Shown piece after piece: positions 1 to 13,001 of a stretch of DNA of 64,000 nucleotides; positions within the stretch are counted from its first letter, which is position 1; every line of letters begins with the position of its first letter. The notes beneath the pieces were generated by a model. It was not told the origin of the DNA and searched no databases. It worked only from the letters and a program-made list of their open reading frames with translations. A program made the position numbers and the translations under genes. The stretch comes from the human T2T-CHM13v2.0 reference genome, Homo sapiens, in NCBI RefSeq assembly GCF_009914755.1, contig NC_060947.1, one strand, 5' to 3'.

Positions 1-929
1 CTCTAAAGAACCCTGGCAACCCATGTGAAAATGTTACGTGGAATCATCATTTTGAATAGAGCAAAATGACGCTGGAAAAGAGCTAGGGCTGAGCTGTGCA
101 GCATCATTTGAGATCTGTGCATCCAGAAACTATAAGCACATCTTGAATACAGAAGACGCACCTCCCTGCTTTCACGGTAATATTTTAAATAGTGTGCTGG
201 CTGGCTTTGCTTTTTAAAACAAATGTGTTTAATCTTTGTTAGGGTGAGGGTGAAACCACACAAGAACATTTACAGCAATATGTAAATTGACATTATATGG
301 CTTTTCTACTCTCCTAAGAAACTTTATTAGGGGAAGTCACTTTTTTTCTGCATAGAAATAGCAGCCCCTAAAATATATCTAAGCAGTTAAGGCTTCACCC
401 CAACAGCTTGAGTAAACACATTTTTTTAACTTTCCCATGGACTTCAACTTTGAAGGTTTTACATAAGGTAATTCTGAAGTGGTTGTACAGAGTTAATCCT
501 GGGTCTTTTATTTATAAAGCATTAATTTCAGACTTTTTAAAAAATGTAATTTTCTCAGATAATGTCTGAGAACAAATTGAGCTTCTAAGATTTAAAAAGA
601 AAAGATCCAATTGTGTTTATTTGTGGCCACCAAGCAGGTCAGTGGGAGAATCATGTATGTGTCACTAAGTGATTATTTTGAGAAATTGAGTATACTGACT
701 CATCTTCTAATTGAAAATTGCGTTGCTGCTGTGCTTTTTTAAAAGTTACTTATTAATATCAGACAACTTTCCTTGGAAGCTTAGGCTATATGGTCTTATT
801 TATGCCATGCAAATGATGTGAATAGTTGAGGCAAATAAAATCAGAGGAAAAGAAAATAACCTCATTTTTCTATCAATTATGTGTATGTGTGAGGCAAAAT
901 TATTTTAAGTGTGAAATATTTAGATTCTC

Positions 930-1205
930 TTTTTCTAAATCCTTTATCATGAAATAGTTACTATGAAATATTAATTGGTATTCAGCAAAAAAGGGAATTA
1001 TATGATCCAACATATTTGGGAAACAGCGGGTTAAAAAAAACTAACAAGTCTTTTCATTGTAGGAATTCTTTGAGCCTTTAATATGCAAATGCTCACTGTG
1101 TTTCTACAAGAGGGGTGTAGAATATGAAGTGTTTTTCAAACTAACTTGGCTATAGAATTTTTTTTCCCAGAATCTCTACCAACATGATGTGGAATAATTT
1201 GGGCC
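930..1205 (+). mobile_element. Ancient hAT-Charlie non-autonomous DNA transposon (MER103C-like)
   Basis: 'atatttgggaaacagcgggttaaa...gagcctttaatatgcaaatgctcactgtg...tttttcaaactaacttggc' resembles the recalled MER103C consensus; a second copy is at ~60.1-60.4 kb. Boundaries approximate. Confidence 0.55.
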
Positions 1206-4200
1206 TCTCCAATCTAGATAACTACACCATTATAGAGTTCTTTGTGCATAGGTAGACTCAGCTTCAATATCTACCTGGAGTATGGATGCTCATTATCTTT
1301 TATCTTGCCATCTTCACTCCACCTTTACTCCAGTTGCCCCGCCACATCTGAAAATACATTTTAAATCAAATATCCCTTATAGGCAGCTTAGTGAAATTAC
1401 AGATAATTTGTATTTCAAAATTTTGGGGGCTTTATTTTTGTATTGATAATATGGAGGGTGTTCTGAAATTCCACCAACTTTCACCCAGATTTCTTTTGTG
1501 AGGAGCCTTTTGTCTGTTTTTTTTTCCCCCCTCAGACCACCTGCAACTGTAAGTTGTCTCCGGGGTGGCTGGCTGGGATCATCTTCCTTCACTGTGAAGA
1601 GAAAAGCTGGCTGAATAGAGACAAAAACACTGCATACTCACTGAACATTCTTGGGAGATAATTTGCTGCCATGTTTTATAAAACCAGGGGCTGGATGTGC
1701 TTAAGAGCTTTTTATTAAATATTGCCAAGAGAGATAATAGTCCTATTATCCAGGTGACTTTTGAGACCATTCTGAATGCTAGTATTATTGAAAATGCAGT
1801 AATGAAGTCAACTCTCAAATCTAAGCATGTGGATCGTCCACTTCAGACTGTGTCTTCCCTAGCTGGCTTGTTGAGGCCACTCAGCCCAGCTCTGGGCTGC
1901 CTTCCCCTGCCCTCTGTGGGAATGTGTTTTGAGAATGCAAACACGCATAACATTAGACTGAGAAAAAATGCAATTAAGAAGATATTTTTTAAAAAATGAT
2001 GGGAGGAGGTGATGCGTTATACACAATCCAGAGTCTAAAGGAAAGGACTTCCCATTATGCCCTCATTTTCTGTGCACTGCTTGGCTCTATTAACGCCAGT
2101 AATCCAGAGCTGATACAGTCCCTCTGAAACAGCCAAATTATATTTTCAACAAGGCCAAGAATGTGTCCTTTATTTAAGCACTTTCTTGATAACTGATCTA
2201 TTATGAGAAGCATTTACTACATAGTTAAACTGGCAAGAACTAGAATTTCTGGTTTTCTGATCTACACACTTAAAGCAAATACGTTTCTGTGTGCACAGTA
2301 CTTCATTTAATTATCATTTTAATTACTTTATTGACTTAAACATTAGTATTGAACACATTTTACAACAACAATGAATACACAAGCAATTTATAATTTTCAT
2401 TATTTCTTATCTCATTCACATTATCTGAAGCTTGATAGCAGATAATTATTTGATTGAATATGAAAACACCCAAAATATTGTTGGGTAGCAGATATGAGCT
2501 CCAATTAGTTGACTCTTTCTTCCCTCACCAATTACATATTTTTTTATATTTATTTCTGGTATATACTTAATATTTATAATACGCATGTTTGGAATTTGTA
2601 CACAGGGAGATGGCTCAGTGATTGTATTTGGACTATATTGTAACAGCTACCTTATCATATCTATGAAGACAAATATTGAAATTTTTATTTCTGGAATTAA
2701 CATTTTACTTTAGAGTTTCTCATTAATCATTACTTTTGTTTATTTTATGTATGGTGTTAGAGACATGATTTGAAAATATTTTTTCTCAGCAAACTGGGTA
2801 GGGTTAAATTTAGAAACTTGACAATAGAAGAACTATCTACAGAAAATACCAAAGATGAAAATACAAAATGCTGAGAGGCTGGTACAAAAGTACAGTTTAC
2901 AAGACTGTACTCTCCTTGAGGTTGGAAGTTGCTGGAGAAAAGTGGCTGATGGTCTCACACCTCATCTAGCTAAACTCACTTTCCATTATCTTGGTTACCT
3001 GCGCTATGAAGTGGCCATTCAACTTTATTTAATGTTTGCAAAATCTGGCTGATTGATTGCCTATTCACTGAGGTCTGGGGAACCTCAGATTGAAACATTA
3101 TCCAGGCAGTAGCAACATGTACTTTTTCAAGGGCATTTAAAGGAATACTAGTAAACTTCTGGTGGGTATTCCTAGTCTAGATTTATGGTTATTCTTTGAG
3201 GAAATACCAAGAGTAGGTAGAGATACCTGGCTTATCTTGTAAAATTGAGGTAATCATTTTGCAGGGATGCTTTTCACTGTTAGTTGAGCCTTCTCTTGCT
3301 GTTGCAATTTTATTTGTCCACAGGGAGAAAATGGGTAGGGTGGGAACAATGCTAGGAATCCGGGTAGCAGTGTGTGAAGAAATGTATATTTTCATCTACA
3401 AAGAGAAGATAAATTAAATTCTTAGAAGTCAGAAGATTCTTATGTTTGCTGTAAGATAAAATTCTGCTGACAAATCCACCTCAGGTGGACCTGGCTTTGG
3501 GGAGGAAGGTCCTTAATTTGCTTTTCTCCCCAAATTCTGATGAAAGCCAAGAGAAAAATCAATTAACCAGTATCAAACTAGGGCTCAAAGATGCCCTGAT
3601 GTGGCACTGCGTGTTCATTGGTAAGCCTCAGTGTACTGTGAGCAAGTCGTCATCATTTGGTGCGTGGCTGATGAGAGATATTTAACTCAAAGAGAAGTGG
3701 CATAATCGTTGAATTTGACTCTGCCAGTTGACTTACCCTGAAAGCCCAGAGTGTATTGGCTTCAAATGGTTAACTGACACAATTTTCAACAGAATATTCT
3801 CCTCCAACTGGTTGGAGATCCAACTCAGTGACTTGAGATTAGCTGAAAGGTGGAAAGGCTTCTCTGCCTCTGTAACTTCTGTTTTAGCAATGGATAACTA
3901 GGAGTTTTGTTGGTGGTATGGTTAATATAGATAACAGGCATTTCTTTTGGGCAGGAGAGCCTTGCTATTTGAGGTGAAGACCAATGGCTTGACTTTCCCC
4001 CAAATTCCACAAACACAACCATATAAACAGATTTTTTTCCCATGAACTCCATTCTAGTGTCCTAGAAACAGGTAGATTTATGCAGATTAATTTGGCATAG
4101 TACAGCAAATTGCTGCTGTGAGATATATCATAGAATTACTTCCTAGCTCAGGCTAGCTAATGGCTAGAATGAAATAAAACATAAAAATACATTTACATAG

Positions 4201-6059
4201 ATTGTTTTATAAGTCTGATAAAGCTTTTTGTTACCTACCACTGGAACTGGACGTGTTTTTGCAAGCAGCATAAGGGTTGTTCATGTAATACTTTCATTAT
4301 TTCCAGCAAGTGTAAAACAAAATAAAAACAAGAACATTGAATTTAGCCGCCATTAACTACCATTAACTGTAATTTTTCCTGACAAGCTCTCTCTCATCTG
4401 ATGATGAGTGAAACGCTGGGAAAAGTCGACTGAAAAATTGTATAAACGTTGATGAAATATGCCCTTGTATTTTAAGCATGCCCAGTTCAGACATTTAAAA
4501 TCGAGCAATTTATAATGTGTTAGCAGTCAGAACTCCATCATGTTTTAAATAAATTTATTTTTCTACTTCTTGTGAGACTCTAAGTCACTCTAAGAAGACT
4601 CATGACATTTCACTGTACAAGGCAGGTCACAAATTGAATAATGTGAAATAACTTTATTAGAGAACTGAAGAAAATGATATGGCAATAATGTGTTTTACAG
4701 TAAAATTTGATAGCCCTCTAAAGATCAATGAGTGTGTTTGTTTACTTTGAAGTGAAAGGACAAAGGCTTCATAATGGAATTCAGAGAAATGCCTGAATTA
4801 AAGGCATCATTGCCAGATAAAATGGCTTTCCTAGTCTGTGGTGAATTCAGAAAACCTACCACGTACTTTGCAGTAGAAAGAATAGCCTAGGTACTGTCTG
4901 TGATAATATGTCATTATAAAGCTGCCCTAGAATGAATGAAAGTCCTCTTGTGGCCACACAGAATAAAACAAGCTGCAAGTCACAAGGTTCTTGTCCTGTC
5001 CCAAACATTGATTGAAAGGGCACTTTATAAAGGGAGAAAGAAACAGCGGGGGCACCCTCATTTGCATCACCAAACCCTAATGATGGAGGCGCTTTTATGG
5101 ACACACTGTGTACACAGAATAGGTTCAATTAAAAAGAAGCCATTTTACACTGGCCTTTACCCCACCAGGATTTTTTCTTAAAGACAAAACAAAGACCATT
5201 TATCTGGGTAACAATACATTACTTTAAAAAATGAGGCAGAGTGTAGAACATAGGGTAGGCAAGAGGCGTGGGTCTCCCATGGTTTTATCTTTGCCACTTC
5301 TTTTCTTAGCCAGTGCACTGTAGATGTCATGAAAGCATATCTTTGTCAAAATAAGGTAAATATGAATGACGATTGGAGTAGGCAGGAATCTTGTAGCTGA
5401 CCCTGACTAGGAAGAGCAAGATTCAGAACTTCACTTGAGTTTAAAATGAAGTTCCATTAGCAGGGACCAAAATGAATTGCTGTCTGATAATTCTGGCCTC
5501 GATAAAACGAGTTGGGCATTTGAGTTCAATGCCTATGGACAGATGTTCCACAGACAAAAAACGAGGCTCTTAATTGGCACTAATTAGCACCCTTGTTGGC
5601 AGGGAGAGATTGACAAGGTTATTTCTATGGCACTTCCCCTGCTGACTCCCATAGCTGTTCTTTCCAGGATAAGGGGAGAGCAATGTAGGTAAACTTATGC
5701 TCTTAGCCTTCAAGGATTATTTGTGCCCCCAAACAAAGACAGTCTTCGCATTTCTAAGCTGTCAACTTAGTAAGATTCTTTGCCTAGGATATACATTGGC
5801 TTTTATTTTTAATTAAATAAAGTGTAATTAGTAGGAAACAATCAATACGGTAGAGTGACAAGCACTTTTATGTTGGTTTGTTTGTCCCTGCTTAAAGAAG
5901 CAGAAGCAAAAAGAAAAAAAGAAAGAAGCTGTATTAAGGATGAGAAAAACAATCTAAGCACATTATAGATGTTAACACTAGTAGCGAACAAAGAAGGTGT
6001 TTTATACTGGCACAAATTCCTGCAACCTGCTGTGCAATACATCTTTTCAATGCTTTGTT

Positions 6060-6180
6060 TATAATCACCTTCATCTGTAAAATGGCAAAATGCCACCAGC
6101 CTCCTGAGAGGGCTAAAGTCTGTAAAGAACCTGGATGTCCTGGGGCATAAAGGTGTCTTATAATTATAAGCTATCTCTAA
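6060..6180 (+). mobile_element. MIR fragment
   Basis: MIR core 'ttcatctgtaaaatggcaaaatg...cctcctgagaggg'. Confidence 0.55.
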
Positions 6181-6569
6181 AATGAGTAGCATGCTGAAGG
6201 AACTGTGGCTGCATTCTAATATACATTAAGCAGAGCTATATGGAAGTATGCTTTAAGTTTCTGCAAATGCTTCTCTCTCTATAATTGCAAAGTTGAGAAT
6301 TATGCAAAAGTAGTTATTTTGCATTTATTCAATTTAGTGCTAATAAGGAATTCAAAGAATGGATTAAAGTCATTTTTAGTAACTTGACAGATTTTTGTAT
6401 ACTGTAGCATGATGGTGTACATTGCTGAAGAGCTGGAGAGGCTCTTAAATCTAGACTAAGCCCATTTATTTTTCTAGGAAAACCGAGGGATTCGATATCC
6501 AGAACTAGATTCAAAGAATGCTCATCAACAACGCACATGTGGTAGAAATCATGTGTGGGAATGGGGCAG

Positions 6570-6930
6570 CTGGATGGCAGGTTCCTGAGAAGCAGAGCCT
6601 GACATAGGCATTCCTGTGAATTAACTCTAAAGAAAAAGAAACCTGTAAGGAAGTGAAGAGAACAAGTGGGATGGTGGGCTTGGCTGCAGCTTGATCCCAT
6701 GAGGAGTCCTAGAGCATGAACCAAATCACAGAGTTGTCCCACATTGAGGCAAGATGGGGCCAGCCGTTTGGCTGGATACTGGCTGAACGCATTCCCGTCA
6801 TTTGGATAGGGGTTTCCCATCCAAGAGCAAAGTGGCTTTCCTTCTGCCAAGGGCAAGTATCTGGAGAAGGGCCCACCTGGAGGTCCCTGGAGAAGGACCC
6901 ACAATAGCTAGAGCATCTGTGCACCAGTCT
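6570..6930. mobile_element. Old ERVL LTR (LTR16-like)
   Basis: 'ggttcctgagaagcagagcctgac' and 'tgatcccatgaggagtcctagagcatgaa...cacagagttgtcccacattgaggcaag' resemble LTR16-family motifs; explains the overlapping spurious ORFs at 6.3-7.1 kb. Confidence 0.5.
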
Positions 6931-7939
6931 GGTAAAAGAGATGAGGGAAGGGCCATGCTACCAGCCTTCACTACAGGGCTAAGTTTGGTAGAGCCAGGTA
7001 GCTTCCTATCTAAGCAAGGCCTTTTGTTTCCTGAGCAACTTTCAGAAGAGCACAGTGTTGACTGAGCAGAATAAAGCCCATCCTTAGATAGTGAAATTTT
7101 TAAAAAGTATCCTTTGATAATTAGCAACAGTATACACATAGATGAGCTAAGCAATATTTTCTTTGATGCGAACAGTCCTTCTTGAAGTACAAGAAGGCAA
7201 CACAGATGTTCATTCGGCTTCTTATGTGTTCAGATACTGTGGAAACAGAATTCCCAGTTCCTCAAACAAAACATTTCATTCATACCTGTCCATACTTGCA
7301 TGTGCCTCCTGTGTCATGCCTCTCTGCCTGTGGTACTCTGGAATCTTTGTCTTCTATTCACTTCTCAAGATTGCACACCAGCATAAATTCCTAGGTGAAG
7401 ACTTCCTAGAACACAGGTCCACACGATGAAAAAGTCACTACAGAGGCTATGTAAATACTCCAAGTTCCAAAGACAAAGGGATTTCCAGTACTTCCTCAAG
7501 GCCATCTCTCATAGCTTAGATTTCCTGTCCACACCCTGGAACCTAAAGCCTAGGCTCCTCTCAGTTTACTCACACTCTTTGCCCCTGAAGGCATTTTCCT
7601 TGTCACCAAGCACCTACTACAATTGAAGAGGGTACAGTCAGTCCCAAGCAGCCCTACCAGGTTTCTCTTACCTCCTCACCATGGATGCCTGGTATCCCTT
7701 CCTCATCAGCATTCTCTGATGCTGACACTGGATCCCATCCAAGAGCCATACACTGTGCTGGTACATCACAATGCCAACCACCCTTTTTACATACTCTTAA
7801 AACAACCACCACCAGATTCCCCCAGCTCTTCTTCCCCCAAGGCCACAAAAATCTGCAGACTCCATGCATCCCAATAGTGATTTTCAGAGACTGTGACTTC
7901 TGTTGCCCTTGAAGAATCCTAATTAGGGGAATTGCCTGG

Positions 7940-8160
7940 CCGAAGTTATGCTTTAGAATGATTACTGAAGCCATAGTGAGAGATCTTGAAGGCTTGAAAT
8001 AGGTAGGGATAGAGAAGAGAGGACAGACTGGAGAAAGGTATGATATCTGTGTTCCCATCAATGGATTTGAGTAACTGACAAGATGTGTGAAGTGGGAAAG
8101 AGAATAGAAGTGTTAAAATGATCAAGCTTGCTTGCTTGATAATTTGGATAGGTGGTAATA
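7940..8160 (-). mobile_element. L2 fragment
   Basis: Purine-rich L2 antisense pattern 'gtgagagatcttgaaggcttgaaataggtagggatagagaagagaggacagactggag'. Confidence 0.5.
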
Positions 8161-8169
8161 CAATAGAGA

Positions 8170-8574
8170 TATCTTAGTCAATTTGTACTGCTATAACAAA
8201 ATACCTAAGACTGGGTAGTTTATAAAGAAGAGAAATTTTATTTCTTCACAGTTCTGGAGGCTGGAAGTCCAAGACCAAGACACCAGCAGGTTCAGTTGTC
8301 TGGTGAGCACGTGTTATCTGCTTCCAAGATAATGCCTTGTTGCTGCTTCCCTAGGAGGGATGAATGCTGTGTCCTTACATGCTAGATAGAACAAAATGGC
8401 AAAAACGGCTTAACAAGTTCCCTCCAGCCTTTTATAAGGCACTAACCCCATGTTTAAGGGCAGAGCCCTCATGGCCTAGTCACCTCCTAAAGGGTCCACC
8501 TTTTAATACTGTTGCACTGGGGATTAGGTTTCAACATGAATTTTGAAGGAGACACAAACATGCAAACCATGGCA
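8170..8574 (-). mobile_element. MaLR solo LTR (MSTD/MLT1A-like)
   Basis: Begins 'tatcttagtc...ctgctataacaaaatacctaagactgggtagtttataaag', contains 'cacagttctggaggctggaagtccaaga', ends 'acacaaacatgcaaaccatggca'. Confidence 0.85.
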
Positions 8575-8584
8575 GATGCAAAAG

Positions 8585-8980
8585 TAAAGCAGAGGAATTA
8601 ACTTCTGACACATTCTACAACATGGATTACACTCAAAAACATTATGCTAAGTGAAATATAATATGCTAAAAGCCACATATTATATGAGTCCCTTCATAAG
8701 AAATATCTAGAATAGGCAAATCAATAGAGACAGAAAGCAGATTAGAGGTTGCCCAGGGATGGAGGGTGGAGGGGATAGAGGGATTGGGAGAATGATAGCT
8801 AAAAGTTACAGGGTTTCATTCTGGAGTGGTGAAAATGTTCCTGAACTAGATCATGGTGATGGCTGGACAACACTGCAAAGATACTAAAAAGCACAGAATA
8901 GTCCATTTTAAAAGATAAATGTTATATGTATTTTATTACAAAATAAGTAGATAGATTAAAAATAAAACAAAATAAATGAA
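8585..8980 (+). mobile_element. L1M (L1MB/MC-like) 3' end
   Basis: 'acaacatggat...cattatgctaagtgaaa...aataggcaaatcaatagagacagaaagcagattagaggttgcc...ggtgaaaatgttcctgaactagat' followed by an A-rich tail. Confidence 0.85.
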
Positions 8981-9205
8981 GGAATGCATACATACATACA
9001 TACTTAAACCAGTAGGAGGGACATGCCAGAGATGGTGAGCTCAGTTTTAGCTTTCTTAGGCTTGAGGCATTTGTGGAACATTGTGGTGGAACTGGATTTA
9101 GGTGCCAGGAGCTCAAAAGAGCGTTATAGCTGTCAGGGCTGTAAATACATTGCCTCAGCCCACCCATTTTGGAGAGCTGGGAAGGTAGGAACTGGGGCAA
9201 AGCCC

Positions 9206-9599
9206 TGTATTAGTTTCCTGGAGCTGCTATAACAGAGTACCACAAGTTGGAAGGCTTAAAGCAACAGGAATGTCCTGTCTTCCTAACTTCCAGATGTTAG
9301 AAGTCCAATAACAAGGAGTTGGTTCCTTCTTAGGATGTAAGAGAAGGATCTGTTCCAGGCCTCCCTCCTTGGCTTGTAGACATCTGTCTTCTCTCTCCCT
9401 GAGTCTCTTCACATACTCATCCTTCTATGGGTGACCGTATGCAAATTGCCCCTTTTTATAAGGACACCAGTCATATCGGATTAGGGATCACCGTAAGGAC
9501 CTCAAGACCTTATCTCCAAATAAGACCACATTCTGAAATACTGGGGGTTAGGGCTTCAACGTATGAGTTTTAGGTAGGAACGCAATTCACCCCCTAACA
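9206..9599 (-). mobile_element. MaLR solo LTR (MLT1B/C-like) with intact 5-bp TSD
   Basis: TG...CA termini ('tgtattagtttcctggagctgctataac' ... 'cccctaaca') flanked by AGCCC at 9201-9205 and 9600-9604. Confidence 0.9.
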
Positions 9600-10802
9600 A
9601 GCCCATTTCCTGAATTTCCCTTTTCTGAATGGCAGCAATTTTAACGATCCTCCAGTTGCAGTAGTAATCAGCTGCACAGTTCTGTCCCATCCTACGTAGA
9701 GGGAATTTAGGGGTACTTACCCCCAAAACCACTCTGGAGCTTCCGTCCATTCTTCTGCAATCTCTCAGAATAACATGGACTTAGGGAGCTGACTAAGAGT
9801 CATCTGCCTGCAGTCATTTTCAAATAACATTGTTATTGCAATTACCAAGTTGAGAAAAGCCTGCCCAACCACTACTTGGGCAATTGATAAGGTAATGAAA
9901 AAAACAAACAGATTTACTTTTTTATGTGAAGACAAAATGTTTGTAGGAAGCAGCTCTCACATTCTTTGTAAGCAGCTCTGCTCTGTGGATTTTCTCAGCA
10001 TCTTTGACCAAGCCTGGCTTGTGACCATCTTGTTTTCCTATGGTAGTTCATTCTCTGTTTCTGTGGTGGGACACTGTGCCAAGAGAACTCGCTCAAGACC
10101 AAGAGACAGATCAGGCTGTTGTTCCACATTTTCTTTCCACTAAATCACAGTTTTCTTTCAAGGGAAGGTGGCTGTTGTGAAGCTGTCAAACTAGCTGTTA
10201 AATGGGTTGAAGTGAAGGCTCCTATTAACAACAGCAGCTATCTCTGTCACATTCAAGTTCTGCAGACAGTTACAAGGCAATTTGGTCCTGATAGGTGGGC
10301 TATTAAAAATAACAAAAGGCAAGAAGAATGAGAGAGGAACACCCTTTTTACTTCCTGGTTTCAAAACTAAGGGGGCAACTGAATATTTCACACATGGACC
10401 TAGCCTGCAGTTAGTGTGGCCTTCATAATCTCACAGGGACAAGGCATCCTCCCTCCCTGGGTGTTTTCCTTTAGCCAGGTCTGGGAATGGAAGGTGGCAG
10501 TGGGGGAGACAGCAACAAGGTCTCTATCAAGTTCAAGGTGGCCAAAGAGTTCTGAATGCTGATCATAATTGGAAACAGTGTCACTGGTGAGGGCAGTATG
10601 TGTGCTGTGTGTGTGTGGTTGTGGGGAGCGGGTGGGGGGCAGTGATGATGCCCTCTGCATGAGAAAAAGCAGTGTGGACAGTTTTACAGTGTCATATCCA
10701 AGACTGTGAAGGTTAGACGACAGACAACCGGAAGAGAATTAAAGGGAAATTATCTCTCAGCTTAAGGGAGCCCCAACTTAAATTGGATTTGTGAGTTAAC
10801 AT

Positions 10803-11312
10803 TTGCCTTACTGTGGGAGTTACATACCCGTACAGGGCCCTGATAGGAGCCTGGATACCTAACCCCTCGTGTCATGGTTTGGAAAATCAATTAGCCAGTG
10901 AAGGACCCGGCCTTGCGTAGACTCAGCAGAGGAGAAACTGCTGCAACCCAGGCAGTCTGCACCTCTGACCAGCAAGAATGGACACATTTTTCTTCTGTTG
11001 AAATAGATTCAGAGTCCCATTTTGCCTGTGCTTAATGAATTCATATATAACATGATCCTTACCCCAGCTTCTTCTGTAATCACTAAAATGTGAGCCTCCT
11101 TCCATCAGCCCTCACATCGTATTAGAGCAACTCATCCAAATTGGCAGCCCACATTAACCACATGCCTGCCTGTGGGTTTTATTGCGAATGGGGGCAGGTG
11201 ATTTGTACTGTTGCGAGGAACATTGCACAGACAGATTCCTTCTTTACTACCCTCAGGTTTGGAAATTCCAAAGTCAGGGAGGAGGAGAAGAGTCTTTGCC
11301 CACAGGATCTTG
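10803..11312 (+). repeat. Donor segment of a local permuted duplication
   Basis: 10803-11016 matches 12772-13001 and 11105-11312 matches 12567-12774; near-identical ORF translations at 11141 and 12603 confirm the copy. Confidence 0.95.
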
Positions 11313-11564
11313 GCTTGGTCTCCACCCCATCCAGACAGCTGTCTCTTTAATATAATGCTTTGTCTCTCCTGGAAAAGACAAAGCTCTTTTCCCTTGGTGA
11401 GGCTTCTGCTGGTCATATCAATTGCAGTTTTAATGTAGGGAAAAAATACAGTGAGAAAGAGATTAGGCAGGAAAAAATAGCTCTTTTTCTCTGTGTTTTT
11501 CTTGGCAGATATGTCTAGGAATGCATTGGAGACCTTCTGCCGTACTTCGTTATGCAGGACAGTA

Positions 11565-11653
11565 AGCAGAGTGGTTAGGGACATGGGCTTTGGAATCAGG
11601 CCACTGTGGATTGCCAGACCAGCTCTCCGTTCTTCTCTTGTCCAGCTGTGAGA
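11565..11653 (+). mobile_element. MIR 5' half (split by L1)
   Basis: 'gcagagtggttagggacatgggctttggaatcagg...cagctgtgagact'; the MIR resumes at ~13125. Confidence 0.7.
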
Positions 11654-12176
11654 CTTTTTTTTTTAAAAAAGACGGCTCTATTTAGATGCATATAACATAA
11701 AACTTACCATTGTAAAGTATACAATTCAGTGTTTTCTAGTATATTCACAGAGTTGTGAAACCATCACCACTGTCTAATTCTAGAATATTTTTATCACCCC
11801 GAAAGAATCTTCATAACATTAGCAGTCACTCCCCTTGCCCCATCCCCCCAAGCCCTGGCAACCAGTCTCTTTCAGTCTCTACAGATTTGCCTGTTTTAGA
11901 CATTTCATATGAAAGGAATCATGTGATATGTGGCCTTTGGTGACTGGTTTATTGCACTTGGCATAATATTTTCAAGGCTTATTCATGTTGTACCATGTGT
12001 CAGTACTTTCTTCCTTTTTGTAGCTGAATAATCATTCATTTCATGGATCTATCACATCATGTTTATCCATTCCATCAGTTCATTGACATTTGTGCTGTTT
12101 CTACTTTATGTCTATTCCGCGATGGTTAATGATGTTGAGCATCTTTTCATCTGCTTATTGGCCATTTGTCTTTCTG

Positions 12177-12532
12177 TGTCTGTCAGTCTGGGCTGCTATA
12201 ACAAGAATCCCATAGGCTGGGTGGCTTAAACAACAAACACTTGTTTCTCACGTAAGTGGTGGTTGGGAAGTCCATGATCAGGATGCCAGTATGGTTGGGT
12301 TCTCGTAAAAACCCTCATCCTGATATCCTCACATGGTAGAAAGAGAATGAAAGGAAGCAAGGTCTCTTGGGTCTCTTCTTAGAAGGTCTCTAATCCCATC
12401 ATGAGTATTCAACCGTTATGACCCAGTCACCTCCCAAAGACTCCACCTCCTAATATCATCACATTGTGGATTAGAGTTTCAACTCTATATGACTTTGAGG
12501 GAGGGGGACACACAAACATTCAGTCCACAGTG
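12177..12532 (-). mobile_element. MaLR solo LTR (MLT1A-like) inserted in L1
   Basis: 'ggctgctataacaagaatcccataggctgggtggcttaaacaacaaacac...gggacacacaaacattcagtccacag'. Confidence 0.85.
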
Positions 12533-12566
12533 GTATCTTCTGTGGAAAAATGTCTATTCAGATCCT

Positions 12567-13001
12567 TCAGCCCTCACATCGTATTAGAGCAACTCATCTA
12601 AATTGGCAGCCCACATTAACCACATGCCTGCCTTCGGGTTTTATTGGGAATGGGGACAGGTGATTTATACTGTTGAGAGGGACATTGCACAGAGAGATTC
12701 CTTCTTTACTACCCTCAGGTTTGGAAATTCCAAAGTCAGGGAGGAGGAGAAGAGTCTTTGCCCACAGGATCTTGCCTTACTGCAGGAGTTACACACCAGT
12801 ACAGGGCCCTGATAGGAGCCCGGCTATCTAACCTCTCGTGTCATGGTTTGGAAAATCAATTAGCCAGTGAAGGACTGGGCCTTGCATAGACTCAGCAGAG
12901 GAGAAACTGCTGCAACCCAGGCAGTCTGCAATCCAGGCAGTGTGCACCTCTGATCAGCAAGAATGGACACCTTTTTCTTCTGTTGAAATAGACTCAGACT
13001 C
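12567..13001 (+). repeat. Circularly permuted ~435-bp copy of 10803-11312 inserted in L1
   Basis: Order B'(12567-12774) then A'(12772-13001); about 24 substitutions over ~420 aligned bp by eye plus a 16-bp internal tandem duplication ('atccaggcagtgtgca'). Confidence 0.95.

Noticed and set aside
3737-3842. Possible 106-nt minus-strand exon (cctttccacctttcAG ... GG|GTAAGT), one open frame
   Set aside because: Peptide not recognised, no partner exons, and pseudo-exons of this quality are common; opposite strand to the better candidate.
6329-6904. Longest ORF (191 aa, minus)
   Set aside because: Lies over an old LTR-like element and a MIR-like fragment; no domain resemblance.
11141-12812. Two near-identical 69-aa ORFs suggesting a duplicated small gene
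   Set aside because: Both start at TTG and simply reflect the DNA duplication; C-termini diverge at the permutation junction.
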